Of a DNA stretch of 64,000 nucleotides, positions 1 through 11,872 are shown piece by piece. The stretch is from Octopus vulgaris (lineage: Eukaryota): assembly GCA_951406725.2 (NCBI GenBank), contig OX597815.1, forward strand, positions 212,040,001 through 212,104,000, given 5' to 3'. The notes under the pieces are model-generated. The model saw only the letters and a program-made list of their open reading frames with translations. It did no database searches and was not told the DNA's origin. A program made the translations under genes and the position numbers. Position 1 is the first letter of the stretch; each line of letters opens with the position of its first letter.

Positions 1-338
1 TACATACATATATACATCCATATATATACACACGCAGTGTGTGTGTGAATGTATGCATACGTATACACGACCGCACACGTATATAGTAATGGATATACAT
101 ATGCATTCATTTGTGCGTGTGAGTCTGTGTATGTGAGAATGGGTGAGTGGATGTGCGTGCGTGCGTGTATGTATGCGTTGTGTGCGTGTGTGTGAGTGTG
201 TGCGTGTAATTTACGAACAAAAACGGAATAGAATCTAGTGCTGACAAATTAGATGTCAAGATGTCCAAGAAATATTCCGGTTAGTTCTAATATATGTTGT
301 TAGTATAAGTAGATTCATGGAAGCAGATGTATATCTAT

Positions 339-356
339 ATACACACACACACACAC

Positions 357-387
<31 letters not shown>

Positions 388-429
388 TGTATGTATGTAT
401 ACATCCACACACACACGCGCACATATATA

Positions 430-479
<50 letters not shown>

Positions 480-580
480 CATACATACATACATACATAC
501 ATACATACATACACACATACATACATACATAGATACATACATACATACATACATACATACATACATACATACATACATAC
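339..580. repeat. Compound microsatellite (CA)n/(TATG)n/(TA)n/(TACA)n
   Basis: Directly visible simple repeats; source of the YVCM/IHTY ORFs. Confidence 0.95.
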
Positions 581-639
581 ACGTTTATGTATTTGCTTGC
601 CAAAATTCTTTATGTGAAATCGGGTGTTGAAATAATTAT

Positions 640-1590
640 TGTTGTACTTGCAGACGGTCGTTTTGCAAATAAATACACGAACTATTTATTCGATCTTTAC
701 TCTAGCTTTAATCTTATTAAATATTGTTTATTTGTTGGAGTTCTTTCGTCTCAGGTTTTGTGACTTTTTCAATGGTTACCTGTTCTTCTCTCTGTCTCCC
801 CTTCTTTCTGCCCTTATTCTGTTTATTCCATCTTGTCTTTCTATTCTACGTATCACTATCTGGGCTTGTATTTTCGTCTGTGTCTCTGTGTGTGTATTTA
901 TGGCTGGCACGTGTATGTGTATATAAGTTTGTATATTGTACTGTTTATTAAGTTGCTGGATGGAGGCCTTACTATTCCATTCACGTTTTATGTTGAAGCT
1001 CAGTCTTATTTCTATGATGTGTATGGCCTCTGTAATCTGCCTGAGAGTTGTGTCAGTCCTATGAGCGAATAGGATCTTAACTTCTTTTGTTATGTATCGA
1101 GTTCTCTTGTTCTAGTTTGGCATATTGGTAGAACGCTGAATGACTTTTTCCTCCTTGGGCCCTAGCCAGTGATTTTTATCCCCTCTCCTATACTACGGGA
1201 TGTGTCCCCATTTGTATGTCTTTGTCATGTTTCAGCACCATCCCTCTATACACCTTATTCTATAAATCATATATATTCCTAGATTTACAGTTTATCTGTG
1301 AGTTTACCCTACTCACAATACAGTTCCTATCAACACAGAAAGCTCTTCCAAATGGGTATGTTCTGCTAATTAAACATTTTATTGGAATTCCTAGCTTTTC
1401 AGCTACTTTAATTTCTAGATTCAGTTTATCTAATGCGTTTCTAAAATGATCCGCTAGTTCGCTTCTAGGTGTAGCATCGATGAACATAACGCTCTTGTAT
1501 TCATGGTCGTCATAGCCGTTTCCCGACATATTCTCTGGGAATCCTCCATATATGTAGTGAAACAGACATGGAATTTCCAAAGACAACACT
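640..1590 (-). mobile_element. Degenerate Penelope-like element 3' fragment (linker, GIY-YIG endonuclease, 3' UTR/pseudo-LTR)
   Basis: ORF 1260-1589 reads VMFIDATPRSELA...IKVAEK...PFG..C..RNC.V...INCKSRN. It continues through frameshifts on the minus strand as GDTSRSIGE (about 1212-1186), SAFYQYAKLE and TLRQITEAIHII...FNIKREWN (about 1050-975), which is the typical PLE GIY-YIG C-terminus. Confidence 0.8.
738..772 (-). ncRNA. Degenerate hammerhead-like motif, U3-A8 core variant
   Basis: Minus strand TTGAAAA-A-GTC..GAC-GAAA-G-AA-CTC, about 200 nt downstream of the GIY-YIG coding end. Stem I does not pair. Confidence 0.4.
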
Positions 1591-1600
1591 AATTATTGTG

Positions 1601-1920
1601 AAGGTATGTGGCTTAGTGGCTGGGATATTTGGTTCACGATCGTAAGGTTGTGAGTTCGATTCCTGGCGGGGCGATGTGTTCAGAGCAAGCCAACTAATTT
1701 TACATTGCTGCAGTTCACACAGCCGGGGAAAATGAGATGTGCCTGTAATTCAAAGGGCCAGCTTTGTCACACTCTGTGTCACACTGAAGTTCCCTTAGAA
1801 TTATGTCAAGGGTACATCTTTCTGTGGAGTGCTCAACCACTTGCACGTTAAAATCTCATAAGCAAGCTGTACGGTTGATCGAGTCAACTGCAACACTCGT
1901 CGCCGTAACCGACGGAGAAT
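1601..1920 (+). mobile_element. Old tRNA-derived SINE (shares its 3' half with the OR-like family)
   Basis: A-box-like tggcttagtgg and B-box gagttcgattcc. The 3' part caaagggccagctttgtcacactctgtgtcac...cgtaaccgacggag matches 25638-25805. Confidence 0.8.
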
Positions 1921-1948
1921 AAGGCCACCGCTAATTATTATTACGGTG

Positions 1949-2537
1949 AAGGGCGGCGAGCTGGCAGAAACGTTAGCGCGCCGGGCGAAATGCGTAGCCG
2001 TATTTCGTCTGCCGCTACGTTCTGAGTTCAAATTTCGCCGAGATCGATTTTGCCTTTCATCCTTTCAGGGTCGATCAAATAAGTACCAGTTACGCACTGG
2101 GGTCGATATAATCGACTTAATCCGTTTGTCTGTCCTTGTTTGTCCTCTCTGTGTTTAGCCCCTTGTGGGTAGTAAAGAGGTATTTCGTCTGCCGCTACGT
2201 TCTGAGTTCAAATTCCGCCGAGGTCGACTTTGCCTTTCATCCTTTCAGGGTCGATCAAATAAGTACCAATTACGTACTGGGGTCGATATAATCGACTTAA
2301 TCCGTTTGTCTGTCCTTGTTTGTCCTCTCTGTGTTTAGCCCCTTGTGGGCAGTAAAGAAATAGGTATTTCTTCTGTCGCTACGTTCTGAGTTCAAATTCC
2401 GCCGAGGTCGACTTTGCCTTTCATCCTTTCGGGGTCGATTTAAATAAGTATCAGTTACGTATTGGGGTCGATGTAATCGACTTAATCACCTGTTTGTCCA
2501 CTCTATGTTTAGCCCCCTGTGGACAACGAAAAAAAAA
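1949..2537 (+). mobile_element. SINE family D (tRNA-like head, Deu/Nin-like core), three tandem units of about 180-184 bp
   Basis: Head aagggcggcgagctggcagaaacgttag, B-box-like gagttcaaattcc, core gactttgcctttcatcctttc(a/g)gggtcgat..aagtaccag. Units restart at about 2000, 2180 and 2364; the array ends in an A-tract. Confidence 0.85.
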
Positions 2538-2837
2538 TTATTATTACGGGAGATAAAGTGATCAGAGTATCAGAAAAATGCCTTACAATATTTAGTTATG
2601 TTCCTTGATGTCCTGCTTTCATATCTCGCCCTGTTTATCGTTGCCATTCAGGGTCGAGGCCTTCATAAAATGAAGAACCAATGAAACGCTGAAGCTGATT
2701 TAATCAAATATTGTTCCTTCTCAAAAATTTGTAGATTTGTACTAAAGTTAGAAATTATTCTTAAATAAAGGTCAGGCATTAACTAAGGGCGATTTAAATG
2801 ATTATTCTCTGATTGTGGCTGTAAATCTATACCAATC

Positions 2838-2980
2838 TTTTATCTTTTATCTTTTACTCGTTTCAGTCATTAGACTGCGGCTATGCTGGGGCACCGCCTT
2901 GAAATTTTAGTCAAATGAATCGACTCCACTACTTTTTTTTTTAAGCCTGGTAATTTATTCTAGCGATTTCTTTTGCCGAG
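2838..2980 (-). mobile_element. 3' fragment of OK-like SINE (family C)
   Basis: ttttactcgtttcagtcattagactgcggctatgctggggcaccgcctt matches the tail at 18187-18236. Confidence 0.7.
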
Positions 2981-3188
2981 TTCGAAATATTATGAAGCAA
3001 GAGCGACAGAGTACAGGCAACAACTGGAGTCGTATTAATGGCCGATTCTCGATCCCAACATTGGTAGCATTGTTTCTATCATAATTATCATCATCATCAT
3101 CATCATTACAATTATTATTATCACTAATATTGTCATTGTTATTACTATTATTGTGGTTGCAGTTGTTGTTGTTGTTGTTGCTCTTCTT

Positions 3189-3241
<53 letters not shown>

Positions 3242-3449
3242 CATTATTTCTGCTAACGGTATTTTATTCATACTCGTGTAATGTATATTACTAATGTTAC
3301 AAGCTGTGTGAGAGAGAGAAAAGAAAGTTAGCGTGTGAAATTTGTCTATAAGCGTCTCTGAAATATATACATATATATACATATATATAAATATGTATGT
3401 GTTTATATATATGTGTATGTATATATGCATGTATATACATACACATATG

Positions 3450-3504
<55 letters not shown>

Positions 3505-4429
3505 GTATGTATGTATGTATATATGCTTTTGTATGTGTGTGTGTATGTATGTGTGTGTATGTATATTTATATATACATACACATACAGTATATGCATGCT
3601 TATATAACATACACGCACGCATGTAAACATATACATACATATATCAGTGTGTGCATGAATGTATGTGTGTGCATCCTCATGTACAAACATACATACACGT
3701 GCACACACAGCACACACACACACACACGCACAGACACACAAGTACACACAAGTACACACACACAAGCACGCACACACACGCAAGCACACACACACAAGCG
3801 CACAGACTGGAGCGCGCACGGCCGTTTCTACGCCGGTATCTTCGTTTCGTTTTTCATGGTGTTTCTGCTATTATTTTCTTTCTGTGCCTGTTGTTATTAC
3901 TGTTACATCACTTATTGCTTCTGTGTGTTTATTATTGTTATTACAGGGGAGGGCGTAGTCATTATTATTATTATTATTATTTTTATCATCATCATCATCA
4001 TCATCATCATCATGGTATGATGTTCTTGTCATTGACGTTGCTGCTGCACTTGATATTTAATTGGCTCTGGGAACCATATCATTGCAGAATTCCAAAATTA
4101 TTCTCGATGCACCGAGAGAATTCAAAGAACAAATTTAAAGCGCTAACCGAGGGAATCTCTAAGTGGCTGTTCGGTCTACAAGAAATAGCAGTCTAATTTC
4201 CTAAAATCACAGCTTTAAAAAAAAACCGCAGAGGAATTGGCATACTGGATTTCTGCGTGTGTGTGTGTACGTATTCATATGTGTGTATGTATATATATAT
4301 ATATATATATATATTTCTTTTAATTTTTACAAATTTAATTGTTTTCCATGACTGAAATCGGTACTGAAATGTTTTTTATAAAATTATTTTAGCATTTTCT
4401 ATCTTGACTTTTTTTTCCATATACATATA

Positions 4430-4503
4430 TATATACTTTAATACTTTGATAGGTTTCGGCCATTATTGGCCCAGGCCATGTCTAACTTAATAGCACCACC
4501 TGG

Positions 4504-4505
<2 letters not shown>
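4430..4505 (-). mobile_element. 75-bp 3' end of the CR1-like LINE
   Basis: Reverse complement ccaggtggtgctattaagttagacatggcctgggccaataatggccgaaacc matches 10354-10405. Confidence 0.75.
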
Positions 4506-4561
<56 letters not shown>

Positions 4562-4794
4562 TTGAGACAATAATTCGACAAATTTATATATCCTGCCTTC
4601 AGTCTCACAGCGATCCCTCACGCTCGAGTACCTTCGAACCAGAAAGATCACTTGGATGCGCCATGCATGATCTCTAAAACTGCCGAATTATTGTGTTACC
4701 ACATCATGAAACTATTAGTAGTTATCTCATTGAATTGAGTACATTTCTTGTTGATCCTACAAGCAACAGAACAGTAAGCTATGCATACAGGCAT

Positions 4795-6092
4795 GCATGC
4801 ATCCATCCATCTATACATACGTACATACATTCATTCATACATACATACATACATACATGCATACATGCAAACATGCACACATGCATACATACATACATAC
4901 ATACGTACGTACGTACATACATACATACATACATACATACGTACGTACGTACATACATACATACATACATACATACATACATACATACATGCATACATAC
5001 GTACGTACGTACGTACATACATACATACATACATACATACATACATACATACATTCATACATCTATACATACATACGTACATACAAACATACATACATAC
5101 GTACATACATACATAGATACATACATACATACATACATACGTACATACATACATACGTACATACAAACATACATACATACGTACATACCTACATACATAC
5201 ATACATACATACATACATACATACATCATACATACATACATACGTACATACAAACATACATACATACGTACATACATACATTCATTCATTCATACATACA
5301 TACATACATACATACATACATACATAAACTCATACATACATTCATTCATACATACATACATACATACATACATACAAACATACATACATACGTACATACA
5401 TACATTCATTCATACATACATACATACATACATTCATTCATACATACATACGTACATACATACATTCATTCATACATACATACATACATACATACATACA
5501 TACATACATACATACATACATACATACATACATACATACATACGTACATACAAACATACATACATACGTACATACCTACATACATACATACGTACATACA
5601 TACATACATACATACATACATACGTACATACAAACATACATACATACATACATACATACATACATACATACATACATACATACATACATACGTACATACA
5701 AACATACATACATACGTACATACATACATTCATTCATACATACATACATACATACATACATACATACATTCATTCATACATTCATTCATACATACATACA
5801 TACATACATACATACAAACATACATACATACGTACATACATACATTCATTCATACATACATACATACATACATACGTACGTACATACATACATACATACA
5901 TACATACATACATACATACATACATACGTACATACATACAAACATACATACATACGTACATACCTACATACATACATACGTACATACGTACATACATACA
6001 TACATACATACATACATACATACATACGTACATACAAACATACATACATACATACATACATACATACATACATACATACATACATACATACA
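4795..6092. repeat. About 1.3-kb (TACA)n tract with TACG/AACA/TTCA variant units
   Basis: Directly visible; explains the 485-aa HTYI ORF. Confidence 0.95.
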
Positions 6093-6150
6093 TGCATCCT
6101 TGCATACAATCAATATGCGCACTCGAAGAAATACAATTAGATTGAAATAA

Positions 6151-6692
6151 AGACAGGTATAACATTTTACTGTAGATACAAAAGTGGAACGACGCTGTTT
6201 GTAATATCTTTTGCTTATACCTGTCTCCTCTCATAAACTCGTCTTCCTAGCGTTCCTAATAATTTTTCTGTCGTCTTGACCTAACAGCCCTCACCGTTTG
6301 TTTTTACTGTTTTGTTCTCACTGTCCTGTTCTTGTTACCGCTTTCACCCTCCGCAAAAAATTCCAAATTTTATTTAATTTGCTTTGCGGGAAGGACTGTT
6401 TCAACGAAGTCGCGTATTGTCCATGCCTTCGAAAATGCGGAGTAGATGAAACAGGGACAACTGATGAAGGGGAATATTCTTTATGTTGCATGTCTCGTTT
6501 CTCTGTGTGTATATTTCGCTGTTCGAAAAAAAGTTCGTTTTCTATGGTTTTGTATTTATGTTTTCGTTTCTAATTGTGTTCAACGTTGTTTTGATGTCCT
6601 GTACCCTTATATGCATGTATATATACATATTTATTTAGGTATGTACATATATGTATATATATATGCATATATTTATATATTATTTATATTAT
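6151..6692 (+). mobile_element. Interspersed repeat, putative PLE pseudo-LTR; related copy at 29140-29389 (-)
   Basis: 6435-6690 matches the reverse complement of 29140-29389 (gcggagtagatgaaa.agggacaactga(t/a)gaaggggaatattc...). Both copies lie next to TA/TG microsatellites. Confidence 0.55.
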
Positions 6693-6697
6693 ATATG

Positions 6698-6730
<33 letters not shown>

Positions 6731-6760
6731 ATGTGTGTGTATGCATATATATGTATAATC

Positions 6761-6929
6761 GTTGGCATCCTTTTTGTCTCGGGAGACAATGGAGTTGCGC
6801 ATAAAATAATCTAGTCCGGCTTTTACATTTCATGTCCTAATACATTTCCTGTTGGGTCTGTGTAGTCCTATCCTGGACAAACACTCCCTCTAGCAGGTGC
6901 TGCAAATGTAGCGAAGACTTTTCCTGGCT
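6761..6929 (-). mobile_element. RTE-clade LINE extreme 3' end
   Basis: Minus strand [22 protein letters not shown] (RTE C-terminal zinc finger), then ccattgtctcccgagacaaaaaggatgccaac. Confidence 0.7.
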
Positions 6930-6930
6930 G

Positions 6931-7000
<70 letters not shown>

Positions 7001-7023
7001 AACATATACATATATATACATAC

Positions 7024-7081
<58 letters not shown>

Positions 7082-7105
7082 GTATATATATATACCTATA
7101 CATAT

Positions 7106-7147
<42 letters not shown>

Positions 7148-7604
7148 GAAGATGAATGAAAGATGGCGGCGAAGAGAAGATAGTGAGGTCAAATGCACCA
7201 AATCAACAAAACTTTGCAGTAAGACAGCCATCTGCAGCACTGTTGTTGTTGTTGGTGGTTTCGTTGTCGTTGTTGTCGTTGTTGTTGTTCGTCTAATATG
7301 TTGCACTGAGATGATGAGAGGATCGGGTTTCTCTTAAGACACTGTCTGTTGGGCAGAGTGATTCAGAGTGAGGGCGGAGGAGTTTAAAGAGAGTGAAAGT
7401 GAGAGAAGAAAAGGAAGGAAGGAAGAGATTGTTTCCCTGTGTGTTAGTCTAAATGAGACTTCGCCTGGGTGTTTCAGTGTCTGTATGGTGTGTGTGTGTG
7501 TGTGTGCTATATTGTTTCACATGTGTGTATGTATGAGAGAAAGAAAGCAAAAAGATCAAAGAAAAATTATTAATATATTATATGCGTGAGTACATAATAT
7601 ATAC

Positions 7605-7738
<134 letters not shown>

Positions 7739-8493
7739 TGTTTCTTTATTAGCCACACAGGGCTGCACACAGATAGAACAAATTACAAGGTAGAGCTTTT
7801 CTTTTGGGGGTAAAAATAAGGGAGTGGTGGTTTTCGATCAAAAGGGATCGTAAAAGGAAAGAAAGAGGACAAAAAAAAGGGAGGGGTTAATAAAAAAAAA
7901 TTTTAAAAAAGGTGGGGGGAGAGCAAAAAAAATTGATCAATAGGGATCGTTATCACAGAAATGTCAATATGAAGTGTAAAGGGGGAGAACAGGTGAGGTT
8001 TACCCGTGGAAAGAAAAGCCTATGGAAAAGACCACGGTAACCTCGGTCAATGAAGTCACATGTTATATTTCTTTTTTTTTTTTGCAAATAAGCAACTCTC
8101 TGTATTAATTTTTACGGTTCATAGAATCATAGTCAAGGTGGCTTCGTCATTCATACGTGCCATCCTTGCTACATTCACCCATCTTTTTTTAAAACATTCA
8201 CTAGACAAAACTTGCCTCTCTACTCTCACTTTCCTCTTCAAGTGATACTTGAAGAAGTTGATGAGAGATTGACCAGAGAGGAAAGTGTTTGTCTCTAATC
8301 CTTTCAGGCGCGTCCACCAGATACATTCTTTCGCCATAGCCACAAGTATGATAAAAATAGCTCTTCCTTCCCGTTTAAAGGAAGGAGGCGTGACGATATT
8401 AACGATAGACTCGGCTGATAAACCGACTCGTCCCACACGTGACAGCAGTCGTTCGACATAAGCCCACAGGTCGGAAATTGCTGGACACTGCAC
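7739..8493 (-). mobile_element. 5'-truncated Tx1/L1-like LINE inserted in (GATA)n
   Basis: ORF2 C-terminus QCPAISDLWAYVE...MAKECIWWTR...FKKRW; AATAAA at the 3' end; (GATA)n on both flanks; second copy at 45061-45704. Confidence 0.85.
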
Positions 8494-8589
<96 letters not shown>

Positions 8590-9564
8590 TTCTCTGAGTG
8601 TGTAATATTGCAACTGTCACAAACTAACAACTCCTCTATAAATATCGTAGAAGCAAAAAACAAAAGCGACTGCGCCATCAGTTTAAATTTCGACAAGAAT
8701 CAGGAGTAACCGTGTTGTTGTACGAACATTAAAACAAAAGAAAGGAAATATGAGATGGCAGACGCCATCATTGCTCTGTTTACTTTCTTAAGTAACTCTT
8801 TACCCATAACATAACAATACCGCTATTAATAGATCGAAATGATTTACAGCTTAGGGTGAGTGAAGATGTAGGGGTAGGTGGTGAGGCAGGAAACTCGAAA
8901 TTAAAACTTGTGGGTCGCAGACGTGGGGCACAGGAACCGAGCATTCGTAACCGAGAACTGGAATCTGAGACAGGGAAGCGATGAGCTGAGTTGGAAATAG
9001 GATTCTAAATTACCAAAAGTAATAACATGATGGTTTTGTGCAGACTCTGGGAATAGTTTAGTGTGTGAAAGTTAGTTGTAATGATTCCATTATTCATGGC
9101 ATTCATTTATTGGGTACATTGGGGTGGATTTGCCAGATTTTCAGTTGTTTTCTATTCTGTAGAACGAGATTACGGATTTGATTAGGTGTCGGGCAACTAG
9201 CTAAAAGCTTGATGTTTCGTATCTTTGTTATGGACAGTGTGCAGACGCCATTGTCTGAAACCTTCAGTTACCATGGTTCATTAAGCTGTTCTGAGAGGAG
9301 GAGGAGGAAGAGGAGGAGGAGGAAGACGACGAGGACAGCGACAACAACAACAACAACTCGTTTGTTTACGCTACTACAGCATAAACATGAACCTGAAGCT
9401 TGCTAACAAAAATGTAATCCTAATAATTCTTTTTTTGAAAAAAAGGGATCTCGAAGTACATATAGAACTATAAATAGTAGCATATAAATATTGGGTTGGA
9501 AAACCCTTTTTGCACAGAAAAAGTTGCAGGTTGCTCAGTAACCCAGTGGGCACAAAAAAAAAAA

Positions 9565-10433
9565 AACAATATGCAATTGAACGAAGAAAAATGTGAGCTC
9601 ATCCACTTTGGAAACAATCATAAACATTTCCGTCGGGAGACCTACTTGAACCGTCGGATAATATCAGAGACATAGGAGTAACTATCGACAGCAACCTTAG
9701 CTGGAGTGTGAACATCAACGAAAAAGTCGATGTTACACGCAGAATGTGCTCATGGATCCTCAGAACTTTTCAATCTAGGGATCATGAAATCATCATTTTT
9801 CTCTTTTGCACACTCGCTAGGCCCCACCTCGCATACTGCTGCCCATTGTGGTCCCCTACAAAAAAACAAAACATAATGAGGATCGAAGTACCACAAAGAT
9901 CAATCACTAAAAAAATAAATGGCATGACGGGACTTGATTATTGGGCTCGACTTAAACAGCTGAAACTCTATTCTTTGCAACGCCACCGTGAGCGATACAT
10001 TATTTGCACCATGTGGAAGATATTCCACCAATATTATCCAAATGATATCGGTATTATGTTTACAATCTACCCAAGACTTCGATCCCCCTGCAATGCGTCC
10101 CCTACAAAGGTCGAGATCACAGAACATAAGAACATTGCGACACAATTTCTTTACTGCAAATGGTCCTGCTCTTTTCAATGTTAGCCCGAAATAAATTAAA
10201 GTAGAAAAGACCCCGCAACTATCAAACGGTACCTGGACAAATTTCTCCAGGAAATACCGGATAAATCACCTACAACAGGATACGTCTCAACCAACAACAA
10301 TACTCTGCTTGAGTGGTCCATGGTGTCCCGAAATAATCAAGTAAAATACTTTTCCAGGTGGTGCTATTGAGTTAGTCATAGCCTGAACCGATAATGGCCG
10401 AAACCAATCTAAGTTATCTAAGTTATCTAAGTT
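9565..10433 (+). mobile_element. 5'-truncated CR1/L2-group LINE (RT C-terminus plus 3' UTR), frameshifted
   Basis: MQLNEEKCELIHFG, RDIGVTIDSNLSW, RPHLAYCCPLWSP, LKLYSLQRHRER; ends in (ATCTAAGTT)3. Confidence 0.85.
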
Positions 10434-10717
10434 GACCCACATCTCCTGTAGACAAGGCTTGGAACAAGATAGTCCTTTGAATTTTTCAATCCATTTTAGA
10501 AATTTTATTCTTACCAGCCAGAATTGTATGCTTTTTACATCATAAGAATTTATAAACTTTCGAGAGAACATGAACTAATTCTTATAAGGAACAGTGAGTC
10601 TCGAAGTACATAAACCTATAAATAATAATATGTTCATATTGGGATGAAAAAATTTTGGGTTAAAAAACAGAAAAGTCAAAAATATTTTCTTTAATCATTT
10701 TTCATGGATAGCTTAAA

Positions 10718-11117
10718 TCTTTATATATAAAAGTGAGGTTGTGTGCTGTCTGTCTCCTACGATTTAGATTCCTAACTACTCCCACATTTTGCGGTGCAGT
10801 TTAACCAAAACCGGGTATCTTATAGTCGTGATTCATATCGAGCCCTTCTGGGTATTAGCGCGCGTCTACGATGAGTCTACGATTTGAAAAAAAATTTACC
10901 AGCAATTTTTCCCATTTTTAATGCATTTTTGGCATATATAAGGGAAGTAACTCTCTAAAAATTTATTATTATATCTCAGAACGTAAAAAGCTACAGTAAC
11001 ACCACCACCCCCTTTGTGGTTAGCCATATTGAGATGGCTATTATACTTTACATCACTAAAAATGCTTATATAGTTATTTCCCTTACAAACCCGAGCAACG
11101 CCGGGCGATACTGCTAG
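10718..11117 (+). mobile_element. Complete 400-bp non-autonomous Helitron
   Basis: A|TCTTTATATATAAAA start, subterminal GC hairpin cccgagcaacgccggg, CTAG|T end, no TSD. Confidence 0.85.
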
Positions 11118-11598
11118 TAAATTATAAAATTATTCCGAAGTACATAAAAATTTCCACATTTTATATAGAAACACAGTAATTATATTTTCTTGTAAGGTGG
11201 ACAGTTTTCATAATTTCTCGATGTATGCCTTCAAAATGTTGGCATATATTACAAGCGTGTTATCATATGGCAAGCATTATCTAACCGTATAAATATATAC
11301 ATTTGACCATAGACCACCAAGAGAGCAGAGAGTATGAATTTATTTCAATAGCTGAAAAGATTGAGACAAATTAGTTTTACTGAAAGCGGTGTTCTTTTGT
11401 TGTCACTCCGTACCTGGTTTTGTTACTGTGCATGGACTGTACAGCCGGCCAGTGATTCAAAAATGACTATGTATATCTAGCACATACACATACATATGTG
11501 TGTGTATATGTGTGTTTATATATATATATATATATGAAAAGAGGTTTATACATACATACATACATATATACATACATATACATATATATATGTATGTT

Positions 11599-11712
<114 letters not shown>

Positions 11713-11796
11713 TATATAAAGGAAATTACATATGCATATATAGAGAGGGACAGATAGAGGAGAGAGAGGGAAGTGATAGCGAAAAAGAAAGAATGA

Positions 11797-11872
<76 letters not shown>

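Noticed and set aside
1949-2537. CRISPR-like or retrozyme-like tandem array
   Set aside because: Units are whole-length near-identical with no unique spacers, and I found no hammerhead core in the unit; it is a SINE array.
3808-3850. GAAGA...GAAACGGCCGTG hammerhead-like strings (here on the minus strand and at 44645-44672)
   Set aside because: Core positions 3/4 are wrong, position 17 is G and there is no stem I.
4693-6150. 485-aa ORF and the many other YIHT/VCMY/poly-I/N/L/Y ORFs
   Set aside because: Pure translations of stop-free microsatellite frames; no coding signal.
7144-7470. Unique-looking segment that might be a 5' UTR or exon
   Set aside because: No recognisable peptide or supported splice structure; needs RNA-seq.
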